Position numbers and translations under genes: made by a program. Source: Hamiltosporidium tvaerminnensis FI-OER-3-3 (taxonomy: Eukaryota; Fungi; Microsporidia). Taken from it: a stretch of 64,000 nt of DNA. The notes beneath the pieces were generated by a model. That model searched no databases and was not told the DNA's origin. It was given only the letters and a program-made list of their open reading frames with translations. This document shows, one piece after another, positions 59,708 through 64,000 of the stretch (within the stretch, counting starts at the first letter, position 1; each line of letters begins with the position of its first letter). The stretch is taken from assembly GCA_022605425.2 (NCBI GenBank), contig JAKIMF020000004.1:310001-374000 (forward strand), read 5' to 3'.

Positions 59708-62700
59708 TGTTACGGGTTTCCACGTCAAAATATCAAACTACCAAACTTTTAACAATATGTGCCTAGTGCGATTTTCGTGGAACAATTAGCACCTTTTGCG
59801 GCTTATCGCTCTAAGCATCTTAAGTTTTAACAATGTAAAGATTGTTTTCGGGGGGTTTTTTTTATAAAGTGTATTAGCTATTTTAAAAAAAAATACAATA
59901 ACCCATATTAACCGATATAAGTAGCATTAAGCATCGTTTCAAAGAACAAATGAATGCATTATACCCATCTAAAATTCAAATCACACGATTTCTCACTCAT
60001 AATCAATGTTTGGAGTTAATAGAAAAGCTTGAAACATTTAAAAATAAAGTATTAGGAAAAACCACAAAGATAATGGCGTTTAAATAGGATTTATGCGATA
60101 ATTATTTTCACGGTCTTTAGTACCCCGTTATTTCGAATGCAGTTTTATATATTAATAATACCCTTTATTTATAATAGATATATGTTATTTGTATTATATT
60201 TATATCCTATAATTTCCTAGTTATTTCGTATTTACTCCACCTTCTATTGCTCCTATGATATTTCTATATTTATATGGTCAGATTATAGTCTTTGAATCTA
60301 AACGATTAACAGACCATACATATACAAATTTTCTCAATGCAAAGTTTTGCGGCTTGCTATTATTTGATATTATAGACTGAATAAATATTTTAAAACGCAA
60401 TAATATGTTATAAGGAAACGAATTTCCGAGTAAATGACGCTTACTAATGAATAAATTTACAAAAAAATATAATTTATTTTTGATTGTTCGTGTAGATCTT
60501 AGAAGATACACTGATTAAAATAATTGGATTATTGGACTTGAAACATAATAGACAGTTATACGACGCATTTCTAGAGTTTAAGACGATCAACAAGACTTCA
60601 CAGTCCGAAGAAGATTCATATAAATTTCTATTATAATTTTGGTATTCCGGTAGCGATTCAATCCGACAATAGTATAGAATTTTCAAATGAATTGCTTGAA
60701 GCATACTTACTGCGCTTAACATTCAAATAATATAAGGAATACTACACAATACAAAGGCTCAGGGACAAATTGGACTGATAAATCAAACATTAAGAGATAG
60801 TTAGCAACAAAAGTTATATTTTACTGGTACAAAAAAATGGATCGGTTTTTATATTTATGTTATATAGGTTTATAATAGAACAATACATGATGCCTCGAAA
60901 TATCATCATTTCAACCTTTTAATGGTTAACTTGGATTTATAATCTTCTTTCTGGTAGTATAGTGACGGAGGAACTAAAAGATGATTGAGTATTTGTTGAC
61001 GAAATTAGTTCTAAGGTATTAACAGCAAGAAAACATGATCCAGTATATACAGATTGGAAGTTAGAGATTGCCTCGGAAATATATAATGAAGTAAATGGCT
61101 TTGATATCTTGCTTCATCTTCAACGTCCAATGCTTTTGAAATTTATAAGAATATTGAAACTAATAAGGAAGTATCTAAACATTTTGCGAAAATATTAAAA
61201 AAGAATTATTTAAATAAAATATAAAAATCACACAATAAGAAATCTTCTTATTGGTGATAAAGCTTTGTTTAAAAAAGGATTTTGACATTAATACAAAGAC
61301 TAAACGCGCTCTGTTGGAATCTTTTTACGATGATTTTGTCTTTACAGTAACAGATATTTTTATTGATAATATGGTAGAATTATAAAACGTTAATGTGGAA
61401 AAATGAACTGTTTAGAAAGGCATAATAAAGCAGATTTAATTTAATTTTGTTTTTTTCTTTTTTTTTTAAATATGTGTTATTTTTAAAATAAAAAATGTTA
61501 AGATAGAACGAAATGGTTTTTTTTTAAAATTGATTACGATAAAAAATTTTGGAGGGAAAAATAAAAATTAAAGTATATCAATATTTATTTTTACTTGAAC
61601 CATATTATATTAGAAACAAAATACTTAATATTTTAATCTGGGGGCATTAAAGATGAATTAATAGAAAATATGGGGGTTATAAATATATTGAAAATAAAAG
61701 GGGGGGTGTATTAGAAATAGAGGGGCCATAAGGACATGAGGGAGTATTATGGACCGCGATAATTATTATTAGAAAATAAAAAGCTGATAGTTCTTGTGGA
61801 AAAGAGTAAAGAGAATATTGAGTTTTATGCACATCAGAAAGTGATGTTTCGAGTTTTAATTGATGCTTATCTGTAATCCGGCATCATAGTCAAACGGTGT
61901 GGAAAAAGAGATAAGTTCAAAATATAAAAACATCACAAGAGAAATTACAGTAGTGTATAGCAATATATACCCCATTAAAAAAAACATAGTGTACAAAAAA
62001 GTTTGTTTTAAACTCAATACTAAGCAAAAGCATGAACTCAAGCTGCCGGTCGAATTAATCGACATGTAATCACAAACAGACAATCAATATAAATTATACT
62101 GGTATGTAAAGATCATTTTACTGAATTTATTCAATTTCAAACTCATAACAGCAAAATTGCAGTGGAGTAGCGTAAAAAATTTTGTATATATTTACCCTTT
62201 TTTGGGCGCCTTCTATTTTGTAAAGACATAATGGCAGATAAATTGCCAAAAAAAACCATTAAAACCCATGTAAATTGCGCCACGATTTCAGGATGGTTTA
62301 TGGGAAGCCCATATATTCTCAAAGCCAGGGCACCGTAGAACGTGCAAATCAAGGTGTTAAAATATGCTTTTTACCTGGTTGGAAGATAACACCAGCAAAA
62401 AATGAGCAGAAAGTTTAAGTTTTATTCATATTTTAAAAATAGAGCTCATTATAGTGGAATAAACTGTACTACGTATAAGACCATGTTTGGAACAAATAAA
62501 AGTTGATTCAAAAAGTTTTATACCGATAGTTTTTTTATAAAACCAATTCTGAAATGCTTGTGGTAATATCAATAGATTTAAACCGTGAAAGCAAAACGTC
62601 TATGAAAAATAGATTATGTAAATTAAATAAATTTTCAACCCATCCAAAAACATGCATTACCAACAAAACAAAAAATACAAGGACAAATTTGAAAGACAAA

Positions 62701-63692
62701 ATTTCAATTCCTTATATTATTGTTTTCTTTCCAAACGACGGGACCGTATCTGGGATTCTGACAAAAATAATTTCAAATCTTTCGAAGAAATCGCTGCAAG
62801 GTGAAAAAGTCGAAATAATTACAAGTAAAAATAATAAAAATGAGGTATTGTCTATTTATAGTCTGTTAAATATTAGAATTCGATTTCTAAATCTTGTTCT
62901 GATTTCCATAACAAAGAGAGAGAAAGAATTTTTCTAGATCCATCTCATCTTTCGATCTCTGGCCGTGAAAAACATGCAAATGAAGATATTAATAATATAG
63001 CAGGATTTATATTGGAAAAAAAATGAAAATCAGGTATATAAAAAATTTGGGAGATTTCAGCAAAAAAATCTTAAAATCGATCTGAAAAAAGGCATAAATT
63101 CCTCAATTCTGAATATAATGTCATTAAAGTGGTCAATACGGCGATAGTAAAAGTCTCAGATGTTAAAAAAGATAAAACCGATTCGAAGAATATTGTGGTG
63201 TTATTTCTGGGAATAACAGATTCCCTTTTCTATAAATTAGATACAAAATATTGAATCTTAAATCAACTTTACACAAAGAACCAATTTAAAATATCTTTTT
63301 CAAAGTTTACTTGTATCAATAAGTTACACAGGTTGAGATTTCCCTAAGAGAATATGTACAAATTTCCTCAAAAACCGGTCCAGAGTTATAGTCGATGTAA
63401 CTACAAATCCAAGTTTGCATCTGAATTATGCAGGTTTGTAAAAAAAAGTTATACAACTCATAATTTCAACAAAGTAGAAGCTGCTCCAATAAATAAGAAC
63501 ACTTGTATTAGACATATTTTTTAAATGTGTTTTTGTTTTGCTTATATATAACATATTTTTCGTGGTTTTTTTGCTTTAATAGTGGTTCTGGTTTTTTTTT
63601 AAAAAAATAAAAAATCTATTCGATTGCCCATTTCCTTTAGTCAAACCAAAAATATTTGAAAAGTTCAAATTGACCGTGGCATAATTTTTACA
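59708..63692 (+). mobile_element. Decayed Ginger2-like (KRBA2/SCAND3-type integrase) DNA transposon carrying a nested insertion
   Basis: Broken translation KYKNITRE, ELIDM.SQTD, KDHFTEF, YGKP..SQSQGTVERANQ, NRAHYSGI..TYKTMFG, FYKL.TK..ILNQLYTKNQF and a Cys-rich end (SCSNK*). The N-terminal part lies at about 59940-60105. Decayed TIRs TGT..ccacgtcaa / ttgaccgtgg..ACA. Confidence 0.72.
60109..61758 (+). mobile_element. Second integrase-type TIR transposon nested in the Ginger2-like element
   Basis: Degenerate ~130-bp TIRs (cacggtctttagtacccc / ggagtattatggaccgcg) and broken integrase VDLRRY, IIDSYT, FGIPVAIQSDN..EFSNELL, KAQGQI..INQT, YNRTIH. 12-bp direct repeat gcgataattatt at 60095-60106 and 61756-61767. 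Confidence 0.72.
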
Positions 63693-64000
63693 GCGATTCG
63701 TTTTAATGACAATTATTTTATTTATCCATGGCGTTTGAACGTAAGTTGCCTGAAATTTTCAGGTTTTTAAGGGTTTTAAATTTTTTATTTGTAACAATCC
63801 ATTTCATTTCGATAAAATTTTTATTGCGAAAAATAGACAATTGTTTAGCCTCAAGCTATCATATTGAAAAACAGGAAGGTTTTTATTAGAATGTATAGAT
63901 GAAAAAGCGAAATTGTTAAAATTCTATATCATTTTGTAGTTTAATGGTAGCTCTTTTACTACGACATAAATAAAGGATTTTTTTTAATTGCACACATCTA

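Overview
Very AT-rich, gene-sparse, apparently intron-free eukaryotic DNA typical of a large-genome microsporidian. Evidence is CCC/GGG motifs just upstream of start codons, MscS paralogs and divergent fungal-type housekeeping genes; a Hamiltosporidium-like origin is an inference. Eleven cellular CDS are supported: a GPI-type heptad-repeat surface protein, an Sfp1-like C2H2 zinc finger, two MscS channels, a dynamin, an Rsp5-like WW-HECT ligase, SAS-6, guanylate kinase, Sua5 and two lineage-specific secreted proteins. There is also one tRNA-Ser(GCT). The intergenic DNA is layered with mobile elements: an R4-like RLE non-LTR retrotransposon (one near-complete copy, two 5'-truncated copies with 13-14 bp TSDs, many relics), RTE LINE relics with a ~240-bp bipartite RTE-derived SINE, and nested integrase-type (Ginger-like) DNA transposons. 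The most notable unexplained signal is a ~720-bp non-coding repeat present in seven apparently full-length copies (about 8% of the window). It has fixed ends, no ORF and no TIRs, but nested long-range helices and cUUCGg loops, making it a candidate mobile large structured RNA. All alignments and folds were done by eye, so relic boundaries are approximate.
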